From the IMG/VR virus record IMGVR_UViG_3300045988_133230: DNA of 60,892 bases; one strand, given 5' to 3'. Positions 8,916-19,414 of the stretch are shown piece by piece. Both the position numbers and the translations under genes were made by a program. The notes under the pieces are model-generated. The model did not search any database. It was given only the letters and a program-made list of their open reading frames with translations, and was not told where the DNA came from. Every line of letters begins with the position of its first letter. Within the stretch, counting starts at the first letter, position 1. The stretch is from a virus (Duplodnaviria; Heunggongvirae; Uroviricota; Caudoviricetes).

Positions 8916-10120
8916 ATGGCGGTTGATATTAAAGATGTCGAACAGGTCGCGCAGGAGCTGCAGCAGAAGTTTGACGACTTCAAAGCAAAGAACGACAAGC
9001 GCGTGGATGCGATTGAGCAGGAAAAAGGCAAACTTGCCGGGCAGGTGGAAACCCTGAACGGGAAACTCAGCGAGCTGGAAAACCTCAAAAGCGATCTTGA
9101 AAAAGAGCTGCTTGAGCTGAAACGTCCGGCAGGTGGAGCGCAAAATAAACTGGCCACCGAGCATAAAGAGGCGTTTGTGGGCTTCCTGCGTAAAGGCCGT
9201 GAAGACGGTCTGCGCGATCTGGAGCGTAAGGCATTGCAGGTGGGCACCGATGAAGACGGTGGCTACGCCGTGCCGGAAGAACTGGATCGCAACATTCTTA
9301 ACCTGCTGAAAGATGAAGTGGTGATGCGTCAGGAAGCCACGGTGATCACCGTTGGCGGTTCCGACTACAAAAAACTGGTGAATCTGGGCGGTACGGCTTC
9401 CGGATGGGTGGGGGAAACGGATACGCGATCCCAGACTGCCACCTCCAGACTGGAGCTGATTGAACCTCTCATGGGGGAAATCTACGGCAACCCGCAGGCT
9501 ACCCAGAAAATGCTGGACGATGCCTTCTTCAACGTGGAGGCCTGGATCAACAGCGAGCTGGCAACCGAATTTGCCGAACAGGAAGAAATTGCCTTTACCT
9601 CAGGCGATGGTACCAAGAAGCCGAAGGGTTCCTGGCGTATGAATCCACCGATGAAACCGATAAGGTCCGGGCGTTCGGCAAACTTCAGCATATTGTATCC
9701 GGCGAAGCGACGGGGGTGACCGCAGACGCCATTATCAAACTGATTTACACGCTGCGAAAGGCACACCGCACCGGCGCGAAGTTCATGATGAACAACAACA
9801 GCCTGTTTGCCATCCGTTTGCTGAAAGACACCGAGGGTAACTATCTGTGGCGTCCGGGGCTGGAACTGGGGCAGCCGTCCTCTCTGGCGGGTTACGGTAT
9901 CGCTGAAAACGAACAGATGCCGGATATCGCCGCTGATGCGAAAGCCATTGCATTTGGTAACTTCAAACGGGGTTACACCATCGTTGACCGTATCGGCACC
10001 CGCATTCTGCGCGACCCGTACACCAATAAACCGTTTGTCGGTTTTTATACCACCAAGCGCACCGGCGGGATGCTGGTCGATTCGCAGGCCATCAAACTGC
10101 TGAAGATTGCAGCGGCGTAA
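8916..10120 (+). pseudogene. major capsid protein (HK97 fold) interrupted by a 1-bp frameshift near 9629-9631
   Basis: ORFs 8916-9719 and 9716-10120 form one capsid gene; reading continues in the +1 frame through ggtt/cctgg where ggtttcctgg would keep frame (KKPKGFLAYESTDETDK...). Confidence 0.7.
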
Positions 10121-10168
10121 TCACTCAGGGGCGCTGAACCGCGCCCCTGTTCTGAAGGGTGAAGAATC

Positions 10169-10369
10169 ATGATCCTGAAACAAGATCTGAAATGGTCACC
10201 GGACGGTATGCGTGTTGAGGTCATTCGGGCCGGTGAGTATGACGACGGGGCGCTTCCTGCCCGGGTGCAGGAGATTGCACTTCAGGCCGGGTTAGCAGAG
10301 CGCGGAACCAGTGCAAAAAGCAGTAAAGCGACAAAAGAGAAAAAAGCCACGACCAGTAAAGAGGGCTGA
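10169..10369 (+). CDS. hypothetical small head-module protein
   Basis: 66-aa ORF with RBS between capsid and connector genes. Confidence 0.4.
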   Translation: MILKQDLKWSPDGMRVEVIRAGEYDDGALPARVQEIALQAGLAERGTSAKSSKATKEKKATTSKEG

Positions 10370-10371
10370 GT

Positions 10372-10695
10372 ATGCTTCTGACAATGGAAGAGATTAAAGC
10401 CCAACTCCGGCTGGATGAGGATTTCGATGCTGATGACCGCCATCTGCAACTGCTGGCCTGTGCGGCGCAAAAGCGGACGGAAACGTATCTGAACCGGAAG
10501 CTCTATGCACCGGATGAAACCATTCCGGACAGCGACCCGGACGGACTACACCTGCCGGATGATATTCGTCTGGGGATGCTGATGCTTATCAGCCATTTTT
10601 ACGAAAACCGCTCGTCGGTTACGGAAGTGGAGAAACTCGACATGCCGCAGAGTTTTGGCTGGCTTGTTGGCCCGTACAGGTACTTTCCGCAATGA
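10372..10695 (+). CDS. head-tail connector (gp6-like)
   Basis: 107 aa; position and sequence character typical of head-tail connector proteins. Confidence 0.65.
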   Translation: MLLTMEEIKAQLRLDEDFDADDRHLQLLACAAQKRTETYLNRKLYAPDETIPDSDPDGLHLPDDIRLGMLMLISHFYENRSSVTEVEKLDMPQSFGWLVGPYRYFPQ

Positions 10696-11102
10696 AAATT
10701 CGTCAGGCGCAGACCAGCGCAACCTACATTCTGCCGGACCCCGGCGAACTGAATAAACGCGTCCTGATCCGCCAGCGGGTGGATATGCCCGCGGATAACT
10801 TTGGCGTGGAGCCTCAATACCCGGTTGCGTTCCGGGCATGGGCGAAGGTTGTCCAGACCAGTGCCACCACCTGGCAGGAAACCGCGCAGACCGGAGACGC
10901 CATCACCCATTACATCACCATTCGCTACCGCCGGGGGATCACCGCTGATTATGAGGTGGTCTGCGGTGACAGTGTGTACCGGGTGAAACGTCAGCGCGAT
11001 CTGAACGGTGCGCGGCGCTTTCTGCTGCTGGAGTGTACGGAGCTGGGCGAATTTACGCAGAGTCACGGAGGCAGCAATGGCGACTCCCTTTTTTCACGTT
11101 GA
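10692..11102 (+). CDS. head-tail adaptor / head closure protein
   Basis: 136 aa, overlapping start/stop with neighbours in head-tail joining block. Confidence 0.6.
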   Translation: MKIRQAQTSATYILPDPGELNKRVLIRQRVDMPADNFGVEPQYPVAFRAWAKVVQTSATTWQETAQTGDAITHYITIRYRRGITADYEVVCGDSVYRVKRQRDLNGARRFLLLECTELGEFTQSHGGSNGDSLFSR

Positions 11103-11583
11103 TGTTCAGCAGCCCGCGGAGATGCGCTTTAACCGCGCCCGTGTCCGGCGGGCGTTTGTCACGATTGGGCAGCGTCATATGCGTGATGCTCGTCGGCTGG
11201 TGATGCGCCGTGCGCGGTCGGCACCGGGTGAAAACCCCGGTTATCAGACCGGACGCCTGGCTCGTTCGATTGGTTACATGGTGCCGGGAGCCAGTAAAAA
11301 GCGAGCCGGTTTTATGACACGCATTGCCCCTAACCAGCGCAACGGGAAGGGGAACCGGATGATCTCTGGTGACTTCTATCCGGCGTTTCTGTTTTTTGGT
11401 GTCCGGGGAGGAGCAAAACGTCGTCGTAGTCATCATCGTGGTGCATCCGGTGGCAGCGGCTGGCGGCTGGCTCCACGTAATAACTTTATGGTGGAAACTC
11501 TTGAAAAGAACCGCAGCTGGACACGCTATTTTCTGGCGCGGGAATTACGTAAATCACTGAAGCCGGAGCGACGACGCAGATGA
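11077..11583 (+). CDS. tail completion protein (HK97 gp10-like)
   Basis: Start placed at ATG 11077 preceded by GGAGG; basic C-terminus. Confidence 0.55.
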   Translation: MATPFFHVDVQQPAEMRFNRARVRRAFVTIGQRHMRDARRLVMRRARSAPGENPGYQTGRLARSIGYMVPGASKKRAGFMTRIAPNQRNGKGNRMISGDFYPAFLFFGVRGGAKRRRSHHRGASGGSGWRLAPRNNFMVETLEKNRSWTRYFLARELRKSLKPERRRR

Positions 11584-12140
11584 AACTGACGCCTGTTATT
11601 GCTGCGCTGCGTGCCCGCTGCCCGTATTTTGAAAACCGGGTGGCAGGCGCGGCACAGTTCAAAAATCTGCCGGAGGTCGGAAAGCTGAGACTCCCGGCGG
11701 CGTATGTGGTACCGGGTGATGACTCTCCGGGAGAAAACAAAAGCCAGACCGACTACTGGCAGGAGCTGAAAGAGGGCTTCTCCGTGGTTGTCATACTGAG
11801 TAACGGGCGTGATGAGCGCGGTCAGTTTGCCTCGTATGATGTGGTGGACGATGTCCGGCAGATGCTCTTTAAGGCTCTGCTGGGCTGGAACCCGGAAGCG
11901 TGCGGTAACCCGATTACCTATGACGGCGGCACGCTGCTGGATCTGAATCGTCATGAGCTGATTTATCAGTTCGATTTTTCGATCATCAGCGAGCTGACCG
12001 AAGACGATACCCGCCAGCAGGATGATCTGAACAGTCTGGATGAACTGCAAACGCTGGCGATTGATGTTGATTATCTCGAGCCCGGTAACGGGCCTGACGG
12101 CGATATCGAACATCACACCGAAATAACCCTTCCTTCCTGA
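11580..12140 (+). CDS. tail-associated protein
   Basis: 186 aa between head-tail joining genes and sheath. Confidence 0.55.
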   Translation: MKLTPVIAALRARCPYFENRVAGAAQFKNLPEVGKLRLPAAYVVPGDDSPGENKSQTDYWQELKEGFSVVVILSNGRDERGQFASYDVVDDVRQMLFKALLGWNPEACGNPITYDGGTLLDLNRHELIYQFDFSIISELTEDDTRQQDDLNSLDELQTLAIDVDYLEPGNGPDGDIEHHTEITLPS

Positions 12141-12148
12141 GGATCCTC

Positions 12149-12319
12149 ATGTTTGTCAAACCTGTTAAAGGGCGGTCAGTTCCTGACCCTGCCCGCGGCG
12201 ACCTTTTGCCCGCCGAAGGGCGAAATGTTGACGAGAACAACTACTGGCTGCGCCGTGAAGCAGCGGGTGATATCCGGCGCGTGAATAAAAAGGTGAATAC
12301 CGATGACGATAAGCTTTAA
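12149..12319 (+). CDS. small conserved protein preceding tail sheath
   Basis: 56-aa ORF (MFVKPVKGRSVPDP...) found by me, not in ORF track; GAGGA RBS; overlaps sheath start. Confidence 0.45.
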   Translation: MFVKPVKGRSVPDPARGDLLPAEGRNVDENNYWLRREAAGDIRRVNKKVNTDDDKL

Positions 12320-13799
12320 CACCATTCCGTCGAATACGCTGGTTCCGTTGTTTTATGCGGAAATGGATAACCAGGCGGCGAATACTGCACAGGACAGCGG
12401 GGCATCGTTGCTGATTGGTCACGCCAATAACGGTGCAGAGATTGTTGCCAACAGTCTGGTGTTGATGCCGTCGGCAGACTATGCACGCCAGATTTGTGGT
12501 GCGGGAAGTCAGCTGGCGCGTATGGTCGAGGCTTATCGCCAGACCGACCCGTTTGGCGAGCTGTATGTGATTGCCGTTCCGGAAGCCACAGGCGCGGCGG
12601 CAACGGTTACGCTGACGGTGACCGGAGCAGCAACCGAAACCGGCACGGTGAATGTTTATGTGGGACGTACCCGCGTGCAGGCACCGGTGACTAACGGCGA
12701 TAACGTCACGACGATTGCCAGCAGTATCCAGGATGCCATTAATGCCGTTCCGGCCCTGCCGTTTACGGCCTCATCTTCGGCAGGCGTGGTCACACTGACC
12801 GCGCGTCATAAGGGGCTTTGCGGGAATGAAATTCCTGTCAGCCTCAATTACTACGGCTTCGGTGGGGGCGAAGTGCTGCCAGCGGGCGTACAGATTGCCG
12901 TGGCGACGGGGACCGCCGGAACGGGCGCTCCGGTTCTCACCGGTGCGGTGGCTGCAATGGCGGATGAGCCGTTTGATTATATCGGTCTGCCGTTCAACGA
13001 CACGGCCTCCGTTAACACGCTGGTGACCGAGATGAACGATACCAGCGGTCGCTGGAGCTATGCGCGTCAGCTGTATGGTCATGTGTATACGGCAAAGATC
13101 GGCACGCTGTCAGAACTGGTGACCGCAGGTGACCAGTTTAACCAGCAGCACATCACCCTGGCGGGGTACGAAAAAGAGACCCAGACGCCTGCCGACGAGC
13201 TGGCGGCAAGCCGTACCGCCCGCGCAGCGGTGTTTATCCGCAACGATCCGGCACGTCCCACGCAGACCGGTGAGCTGGTGGGTATGTTGCCTGCGCCGAA
13301 GGGGAAACGGTTCACGATGACCGAACAACAGACCCTGCTGTCTCATGGCGTGGCAACGGCGTATGTCGAAAGCGGGGTACTGCGCATTCAGCGTGATGTC
13401 ACCACGTACAGGAAAAACGCTTACGGGGTTGCGGATAACAGCTACCTCGACAGCGAGACGCTGCATACCAGCGCGTATGTACTGCGCAAACTGAAATCCG
13501 TCATTACCAGTAAGTACGGGCGTCACAAGCTTGCCAGTGACGGTACCCGCTTTGGTCCCGGTCAGGCGATTGTCACCCCGGCGGTGATCAAAGGGGAACT
13601 GCTGGCAACCTACCGTCAGCTCGAGCGTGCGGGGATCGTGGAAAACTACGAACTGTTTAAGCAGTACCTGGTTGTGGAGCGTGATGCCAGCGATCCGAAC
13701 CGCCTGAACACGCTGTTCCCGCCTGACTATGTTAACCAGTTGCGTGTCTTTGCCGTGGTTAACCAGTTCCGTCTTCAGTATTCAGAGGAGTCTGCATAA
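12303..13799 (+). CDS. contractile tail sheath protein (Mu-type)
   Basis: 498 aa, followed by tube, chaperone with frameshift, tape measure: Mu-like tail order. Confidence 0.8.
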   Translation: MTISFNTIPSNTLVPLFYAEMDNQAANTAQDSGASLLIGHANNGAEIVANSLVLMPSADYARQICGAGSQLARMVEAYRQTDPFGELYVIAVPEATGAAATVTLTVTGAATETGTVNVYVGRTRVQAPVTNGDNVTTIASSIQDAINAVPALPFTASSSAGVVTLTARHKGLCGNEIPVSLNYYGFGGGEVLPAGVQIAVATGTAGTGAPVLTGAVAAMADEPFDYIGLPFNDTASVNTLVTEMNDTSGRWSYARQLYGHVYTAKIGTLSELVTAGDQFNQQHITLAGYEKETQTPADELAASRTARAAVFIRNDPARPTQTGELVGMLPAPKGKRFTMTEQQTLLSHGVATAYVESGVLRIQRDVTTYRKNAYGVADNSYLDSETLHTSAYVLRKLKSVITSKYGRHKLASDGTRFGPGQAIVTPAVIKGELLATYRQLERAGIVENYELFKQYLVVERDASDPNRLNTLFPPDYVNQLRVFAVVNQFRLQYSEESA

Positions 13800-14155
13800 T
13801 GGCCCGTATCGGGGGAACCTGTTATTTCAAAATTGACGGTCAGCAGCTATCGCTGACCGGCGGCATTGAGGTGCCCATGAACAGGACGGTCAATGATGAC
13901 ATCATCGGCCTGGACGGTTCAGTGGACCGCAAGGAAACTCACCGTGCGCCCTATGTCAAAGGGACCTTCAAGGTGCCGAAGAATTTTCCGGTGAGCAAAA
14001 TCACCTCGTCTGATGAGATGACCATCACTGCCGAGCTGGCGAACGGTCAGGTCTATGTACTGTCGTCTGCCTGGCTGCACGGCGAAGCGAACCATAATGC
14101 CGAAGAAGGCACGGTCGATCTTGAGTTCCACGGTGAAGAAGGGGATTACCAGTAA
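13799..14155 (+). CDS. tail tube protein
   Basis: 118 aa directly after sheath. Confidence 0.75.
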   Translation: MARIGGTCYFKIDGQQLSLTGGIEVPMNRTVNDDIIGLDGSVDRKETHRAPYVKGTFKVPKNFPVSKITSSDEMTITAELANGQVYVLSSAWLHGEANHNAEEGTVDLEFHGEEGDYQ

Positions 14156-14424
14156 TGAAAGAGCTTGAGTTAAAGAAACCGATTACCGCTCATGGCGAGA
14201 CACTCTCCGTACTGGAGTTTGATGAGCCCACCGGGAAAGATGTCCGCGAGCTGGGGTATCCCTACCAGATGAATCAGGATGAGTCCGTCAGACTTCTGGC
14301 GCATGTGGTATCGAAATACATTGTGCGGCTGGCGAAAGTGCCGCAAAACTCTGTCGACCAGATGTCTCCGGCAGACCTGAATGCAGCGGCGTGGCTTGTG
14401 GCTGGTTTTTTCCTCCAGGCCTGA
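14155..14424 (+). CDS. tail assembly chaperone
   Basis: Short ORF ending at a TTTTTTC slippery heptamer, upstream of tape measure. Confidence 0.6.
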   Translation: MKELELKKPITAHGETLSVLEFDEPTGKDVRELGYPYQMNQDESVRLLAHVVSKYIVRLAKVPQNSVDQMSPADLNAAAWLVAGFFLQA

Positions 14425-14573
14425 CGGCTGAATACCTCACTGATCGCTTCTTTGACTGCGCCAGCTACTGGCGCATTAATCCCTTCGAATTGCTGAATAT
14501 GCCGATCAGTGAAATTCCCTTACTGGTCAGTCAGGCAAACAGGATAGAGCAGGAGAAACGCACACATGGCTGA
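14391..14573 (+). CDS. tail assembly chaperone -1 frameshift extension
   Basis: ORF in the -1 frame relative to 14155-14424, reachable by slip at T_TTT_TTC 14406-14412. Confidence 0.5.
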   Translation: MACGWFFPPGLTAEYLTDRFFDCASYWRINPFELLNMPISEIPLLVSQANRIEQEKRTHG

Positions 14574-16401
14574 ATTTGAGCTTAAGGCGTTGATCACCGG
14601 TGTCGACAGGCTTTCTCCCGCGCTGTCGAAAATGCAAAAGAAAATCCGGGGATTTAAACGCCAGGCGGAAGAAGCGTCACAGGGTGGGCTGGCGCTTGGT
14701 GGCGGACTGGCTGCGGGTCTGACGCTTTCCCTGAAATCTTATGCCGATCAGGAAAACGCCGCCACCGGGCTGAAAGTTGCCATGATGGATGCGAACGGTG
14801 AGGTCGGAAAGCGCTTTCAGGACATCAATAAACTGGCTATTGGCCTGGGTAACCAGCTACCCGGTACAACGGCTGATTTCCAGAACATGATGCAGATGCT
14901 GGTGCGTCAGGGGATCCCGGCAGAAAACATTCTGGGTGGTGTGGGTAAAGCGACAGCCTATCTTGCGGTACAACTGAAAAAAACACCGGAAGCGGCTGCT
15001 GAGTTTGCTGCAAAGATGCAGGATGCTACCGGAACGGCGTCAGAAGACATGATGGGGCTGTTCGACACTATCCAGAAGGCGTTTTATCTGGGCGTTGACG
15101 ATACCAACATGTTGTCCTTCTTCACTAAAACCAGTTCTGTTCTGAAGATGGTGAACAAGGATGGTCTTCAGGCTGCACAGAGCCTTGCCCCCATCAGCGT
15201 CATGATGGATCAGATGGGGATGAACGGGGAGTCGGCAGGTAATGCCCTGCGAAAAGTTATCCAGTCCGGATTAAGCGTTAAGAAAATCAGGGACGTTAAT
15301 AAAGTTATGGCCCGCCAGAAACTCGGAGTGCAGCTCGATTTTACTGACGGCAAAGGGAGTTTTGGCGGTCTTGATAACATGTTCAGGCAACTGGCAAAGC
15401 TGCGAAAACTGACCGACGTTAAGCGAACAGGTGTACTTAAGGCAATATTTGGTGATGATGCCGAAACCCTTCAGGTGGTCAATGCTCTGATCGATAAAGG
15501 GAAGGATGGTTACGATCAGATCCAGCAGAAGATGAATAAACAGGCCAGCCTGAATAAACGTGTTCAGGCACAGCTTGGTACGCTGTCCAACCTGTGGGAG
15601 GCAATGACGGGGACCGCAACTAACGGTCTTGCAGCTATTGGCGGCGCATTTTCTGGTGACGCTAAAAATATCACGCAATGGCTGGGGGAGTTGGGGGAGA
15701 AATTCACGAAGTTTGCGGATGAAAATCCCCGGGTTATTCGCGGCGTCGTCGGGCTTGCTGCCGGTCTTGCGATTCTGAAACTGGGATTGATGGGCGTTGG
15801 CGGTGCCATCAGTATTGTCAGCAGGATCATGTCGATGACGCCGATTGGCATGATTGCGACGGCGATAGCCCTGGCTGCGGGATTAATTATCACTAACTGG
15901 GATGTTGTCGGACCTTATTTTAAGAAACTCTGGGAAACCATTGGTCCTTATTTTGAGGCCGGCTGGGAACTCCTTAAGAAAGTTTTTGCCTGGTCGCCGC
16001 TGGGGATGGTGATCAATAACTGGGGGCCGGTTGTTAAGTGGTTTCAGGATATGTGGGACAAGCTGAAGCCAATTATTGAGTGGTTTACCGACAGTTCCGG
16101 TGACACGGTCGATGCCATTAACTCTGCGCAGTGGGGCGCGGGTGCTTATGATGCTTATGGGACGGGAATACCGGCGCGGGGATACACACCTTATCCGGCG
16201 GTGGATCCGGCTCAGTCAAACAACGCCTCCGATGCCACAGGCCCGAATCCCTTCATGATTAACAAAGCTTCTGCGCCAAAAGTTGATGGTGAGATCAAGG
16301 TCTCTTTTGTGAATTCGCCTCCGGGTATGCGGGTTATGGAAACGCGATCCAGCGGTTTTGATGTCAGCCATGATGTTGGCTATACGCGCTTTGGCAGGTA
16401 A
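14566..16401 (+). CDS. tail tape measure protein
   Basis: 611 aa, Ala/Gly-rich helical protein with central hydrophobic segment. Confidence 0.85.
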   Translation: MAEFELKALITGVDRLSPALSKMQKKIRGFKRQAEEASQGGLALGGGLAAGLTLSLKSYADQENAATGLKVAMMDANGEVGKRFQDINKLAIGLGNQLPGTTADFQNMMQMLVRQGIPAENILGGVGKATAYLAVQLKKTPEAAAEFAAKMQDATGTASEDMMGLFDTIQKAFYLGVDDTNMLSFFTKTSSVLKMVNKDGLQAAQSLAPISVMMDQMGMNGESAGNALRKVIQSGLSVKKIRDVNKVMARQKLGVQLDFTDGKGSFGGLDNMFRQLAKLRKLTDVKRTGVLKAIFGDDAETLQVVNALIDKGKDGYDQIQQKMNKQASLNKRVQAQLGTLSNLWEAMTGTATNGLAAIGGAFSGDAKNITQWLGELGEKFTKFADENPRVIRGVVGLAAGLAILKLGLMGVGGAISIVSRIMSMTPIGMIATAIALAAGLIITNWDVVGPYFKKLWETIGPYFEAGWELLKKVFAWSPLGMVINNWGPVVKWFQDMWDKLKPIIEWFTDSSGDTVDAINSAQWGAGAYDAYGTGIPARGYTPYPAVDPAQSNNASDATGPNPFMINKASAPKVDGEIKVSFVNSPPGMRVMETRSSGFDVSHDVGYTRFGR

Positions 16402-16461
16402 TGAAAAATTAATCTGTTAATGAGTCCCACTCCGGTGGGATTTTTTATGTACGGAGTTTAT

Positions 16462-17790
16462 ATGACGTGGAAAGACAGACTTCAGGACGCGTCATTTCGC
16501 GGTGTGCCGTTTAAGGTTGAAGAAGAAAGTGCGGGAACCGGTCGTCGTGTGGAAACGCACGAATACCCGAACTGCGACAAACCCTATACCGAAGACCTGG
16601 GGAAAATCACTTTCCGCCCGTCCATCACAGCTTATGTGGTGGGAGATGACTGCTTTGACCAGCGCGATCGCCTGATTGACGCGCTGAATAAACCCGGTCC
16701 CGGCACGCTTGTCCATCCGACTTACGGTGAGCTGAAAGTCTGTGTTGACGGAGAAGTTCGGGTCAGCACATCGAAGAGTGAAGGGCGTATTGTCCGCTTT
16801 GACCTGAAGTTTGTCGAAGCGGGAGAACTCTCTTACCCCACTTCAGGTGCGGCGACGGCGCAGACGCTGATGTCATCCTGTTCTGCACTGGATGACTGCA
16901 TCAGTGACAGTTTCAGTGGTTTCAGTATCGATGGCGTGGCGGATTTTGTGCAGAACGACGTCGTCGGTAATGCCAGCACAATGCTTGGGTATGTTTCTGA
17001 TGCGATGAAAGTGGTGGATTCTGCCGTATCGGATGCCGCCAGACTGTTGCAGGGGGATATCTCGGTACTTCTGCCTCCGCCATCGTCAGGCAAAAACTTC
17101 GTTGAGCAGGTGCAAAAAATGTGGCGTACCGGGAAACGCCTTTATGGTAACGCCAGCGACCTGGTCACCATGATCAAAACGCTTTCCGGTGTCAGCCTCG
17201 GCAGCGATCTGCAACCGCGCGGCGTCTGGAAAACGGACAGTAAAACCACCGCCACGGCGACGCAGCAGCGTAACGTGGTTGCCAGCACCCTTCGTACGAC
17301 CGCAATCAGCGAAGCGGCGTATGCCGTCACCCGATTGCCTGCGCCAACAACTTCCGCGGTGATGCAGAATTCCGCAGTGGGGCAGGCAACAACACCCGCG
17401 CAGAGCACTGGCTGGCCTTCCGTCACGCATCCGGCACTGAACAATGCACCGGCGGTGAAAAACACGGTTGACCTGCCGACGTGGGAAGAACTGACTGACA
17501 TTCGCGACACACTGAATACGGCAATTGATAAGGAGTTGTCCCGTACAACCAGCGATGCGCTGTTTCTGGCGCTGCGCCGGGTGAAAGCAGATCTGAATGC
17601 GGATATCAACACGCGCCTTGAACAGTCTGCACGGATCATTCAGCGCACACCGGATGAGGTTTTACCCGCGCTGGTGCTGGCGGCGACCTGGTTTGATAAC
17701 GCGGCGCGTGACGCGGACATTATCCGGCGTAATGCCATTACGCATCCCGGCTTTGTGCCGGTGATCCCTCTGAAGGTGCCAGTGCAATGA
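16462..17790 (+). CDS. DNA circularisation protein (Mu gp43-like)
   Basis: MTWKDRLQDASFRGVPF N-terminus typical of this family; start set at ATG 16462. Confidence 0.7.
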   Translation: MTWKDRLQDASFRGVPFKVEEESAGTGRRVETHEYPNCDKPYTEDLGKITFRPSITAYVVGDDCFDQRDRLIDALNKPGPGTLVHPTYGELKVCVDGEVRVSTSKSEGRIVRFDLKFVEAGELSYPTSGAATAQTLMSSCSALDDCISDSFSGFSIDGVADFVQNDVVGNASTMLGYVSDAMKVVDSAVSDAARLLQGDISVLLPPPSSGKNFVEQVQKMWRTGKRLYGNASDLVTMIKTLSGVSLGSDLQPRGVWKTDSKTTATATQQRNVVASTLRTTAISEAAYAVTRLPAPTTSAVMQNSAVGQATTPAQSTGWPSVTHPALNNAPAVKNTVDLPTWEELTDIRDTLNTAIDKELSRTTSDALFLALRRVKADLNADINTRLEQSARIIQRTPDEVLPALVLAATWFDNAARDADIIRRNAITHPGFVPVIPLKVPVQ

Positions 17791-18866
17791 ACGATAACGT
17801 CACGCTACGGGTAAATGGCCGGGAGTGGAATGGCTGGACATCGGTGCGCATCGGTGCCGGTATTGAACGGCTGGCGCGGGATTTCAGCGTGGAGATCACC
17901 CGCCAGTGGCCGGGAGATGAGGGTATCACCACGCTTCAGCCGCGCATTAAAAATGGTTCAAAAGTGGAAGTGCTGATTGGTTATGAGCTGGTGATCACCG
18001 GCTGGGTGGAGGCGACCCCCGTTCGTTACGATGCCCGTTCGGTCAGCACCGGTATTGCCGGACGTAGTCTGACTGCTGACCTGATTGACTGTGCAGCCGA
18101 ACCGACACAGTTTAACGGACGATCGCTGGTACAGATTGCGCAGGCGCTTGCTGCGCCTTTCGGCATTGAGGTGGTGAACAGCGATGCGCCGTCGGGTGTT
18201 ATTCCGGATGTCCAGCCTGATCACGGTGAAACGGTGATTGAGGTGATCAACAAAATACTCGGTCAGCAGCAGGCGCTGGCTTATGACGACCCGCACGGCA
18301 GGCTGGTGATTGGTGGTATTGGCTCAACGCGGGCACATACCGCGCTGGTACTTGGGGAAAACATCCTTTCCTGTGATACGGAGAAGAGTATCCGGGATCG
18401 GTTTTCAGTTTACCAGGTGGCGGGGCAGCGTGCCGGAAACGACGATGATTTCGGTGAGGCCACCACCACCGCGCTGCGGGCCCGCACAGAGGACGCATTT
18501 ATTGCCCGTTACCGTCCGATGTATATCAGGCAGACAGGGCAGGCTACGGGGGCAGGCTGTATTGCCCGTGCGGACTTTGAAGCCCGGCAACGGGCGGCGC
18601 GGACGGATGAAACCACCTATGTGGTGCAGGGCTGGCGACAGGGTAACGGTACGCTGTGGCAACCCAACCAGCGGGTGATTGTCTTTGATCCGGTCTGTGG
18701 TTTTGACAATACCGAACTGCTTGTTTCGGAAGTCACGTTTACTCAGGACCAGAACGGCACCCTGACGGAAATCCGTGTCGGCCCGCCTGATGCTTATCTG
18801 CCTGAACCTGAAGACCCCGGCGCGCGGAAAAAGAAAAAAGCCAGAGTACAGGAGGACCCGTTCTGA
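17787..18866 (+). CDS. baseplate hub / tail protein (Mu gpP-like)
   Basis: 359 aa in baseplate block. Confidence 0.65.
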   Translation: MNDNVTLRVNGREWNGWTSVRIGAGIERLARDFSVEITRQWPGDEGITTLQPRIKNGSKVEVLIGYELVITGWVEATPVRYDARSVSTGIAGRSLTADLIDCAAEPTQFNGRSLVQIAQALAAPFGIEVVNSDAPSGVIPDVQPDHGETVIEVINKILGQQQALAYDDPHGRLVIGGIGSTRAHTALVLGENILSCDTEKSIRDRFSVYQVAGQRAGNDDDFGEATTTALRARTEDAFIARYRPMYIRQTGQATGAGCIARADFEARQRAARTDETTYVVQGWRQGNGTLWQPNQRVIVFDPVCGFDNTELLVSEVTFTQDQNGTLTEIRVGPPDAYLPEPEDPGARKKKKARVQEDPF

Positions 18867-19414
18867 TGAGGACGATTGAAGCCATGCAGCGACAACTTCT
18901 CGGCCTGATTGGGCGGGCAGTGGTGAAAAGCATCAGTGCCGCCACGAAATGTCAGACCGTGGATGTGTCCCTGATTGCCGGTGAACCCAAAGCCGGGGTT
19001 GAACATCTTGAACCCTACGGTTTTACCGCAAGGGCAAACAGCGGTGCGGAAGCGGTGGTGTTGTTTCCGGATGGCGACCGTTCTCATGCGGTGGTTGTTA
19101 CGGTGTCGGACCGGCGCTACCGCCTGAAAGGGCTGCAGACGGGTGAGGTGGCTGTCTATGACGATCAGGGGCAGTCTGTGACGCTGACCCGGGAGGGGAT
19201 CGTGGTGGACGGTGCAGGTAAAACGATCACGTTTCGCAATGCGCCCAGAGCACGTTTTGAAATGGACCTGGAAGTGACCGGACAGGTGAAAGACCTGTGC
19301 GACTCCGGCGGCACCACCATGTCAGCGATGCGGCTTGCCTATAACGGCCATCGTCACAGAGAGAACGGTCAGGGCAGTAACACCGACAAACCGGATAAAG
19401 CGATGGAGGCATGA
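18866..19414 (+). CDS. baseplate assembly protein V (spike)
   Basis: 182 aa, position upstream of W/J-like genes. Confidence 0.65.
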   Translation: MRTIEAMQRQLLGLIGRAVVKSISAATKCQTVDVSLIAGEPKAGVEHLEPYGFTARANSGAEAVVLFPDGDRSHAVVVTVSDRRYRLKGLQTGEVAVYDDQGQSVTLTREGIVVDGAGKTITFRNAPRARFEMDLEVTGQVKDLCDSGGTTMSAMRLAYNGHRHRENGQGSNTDKPDKAMEA

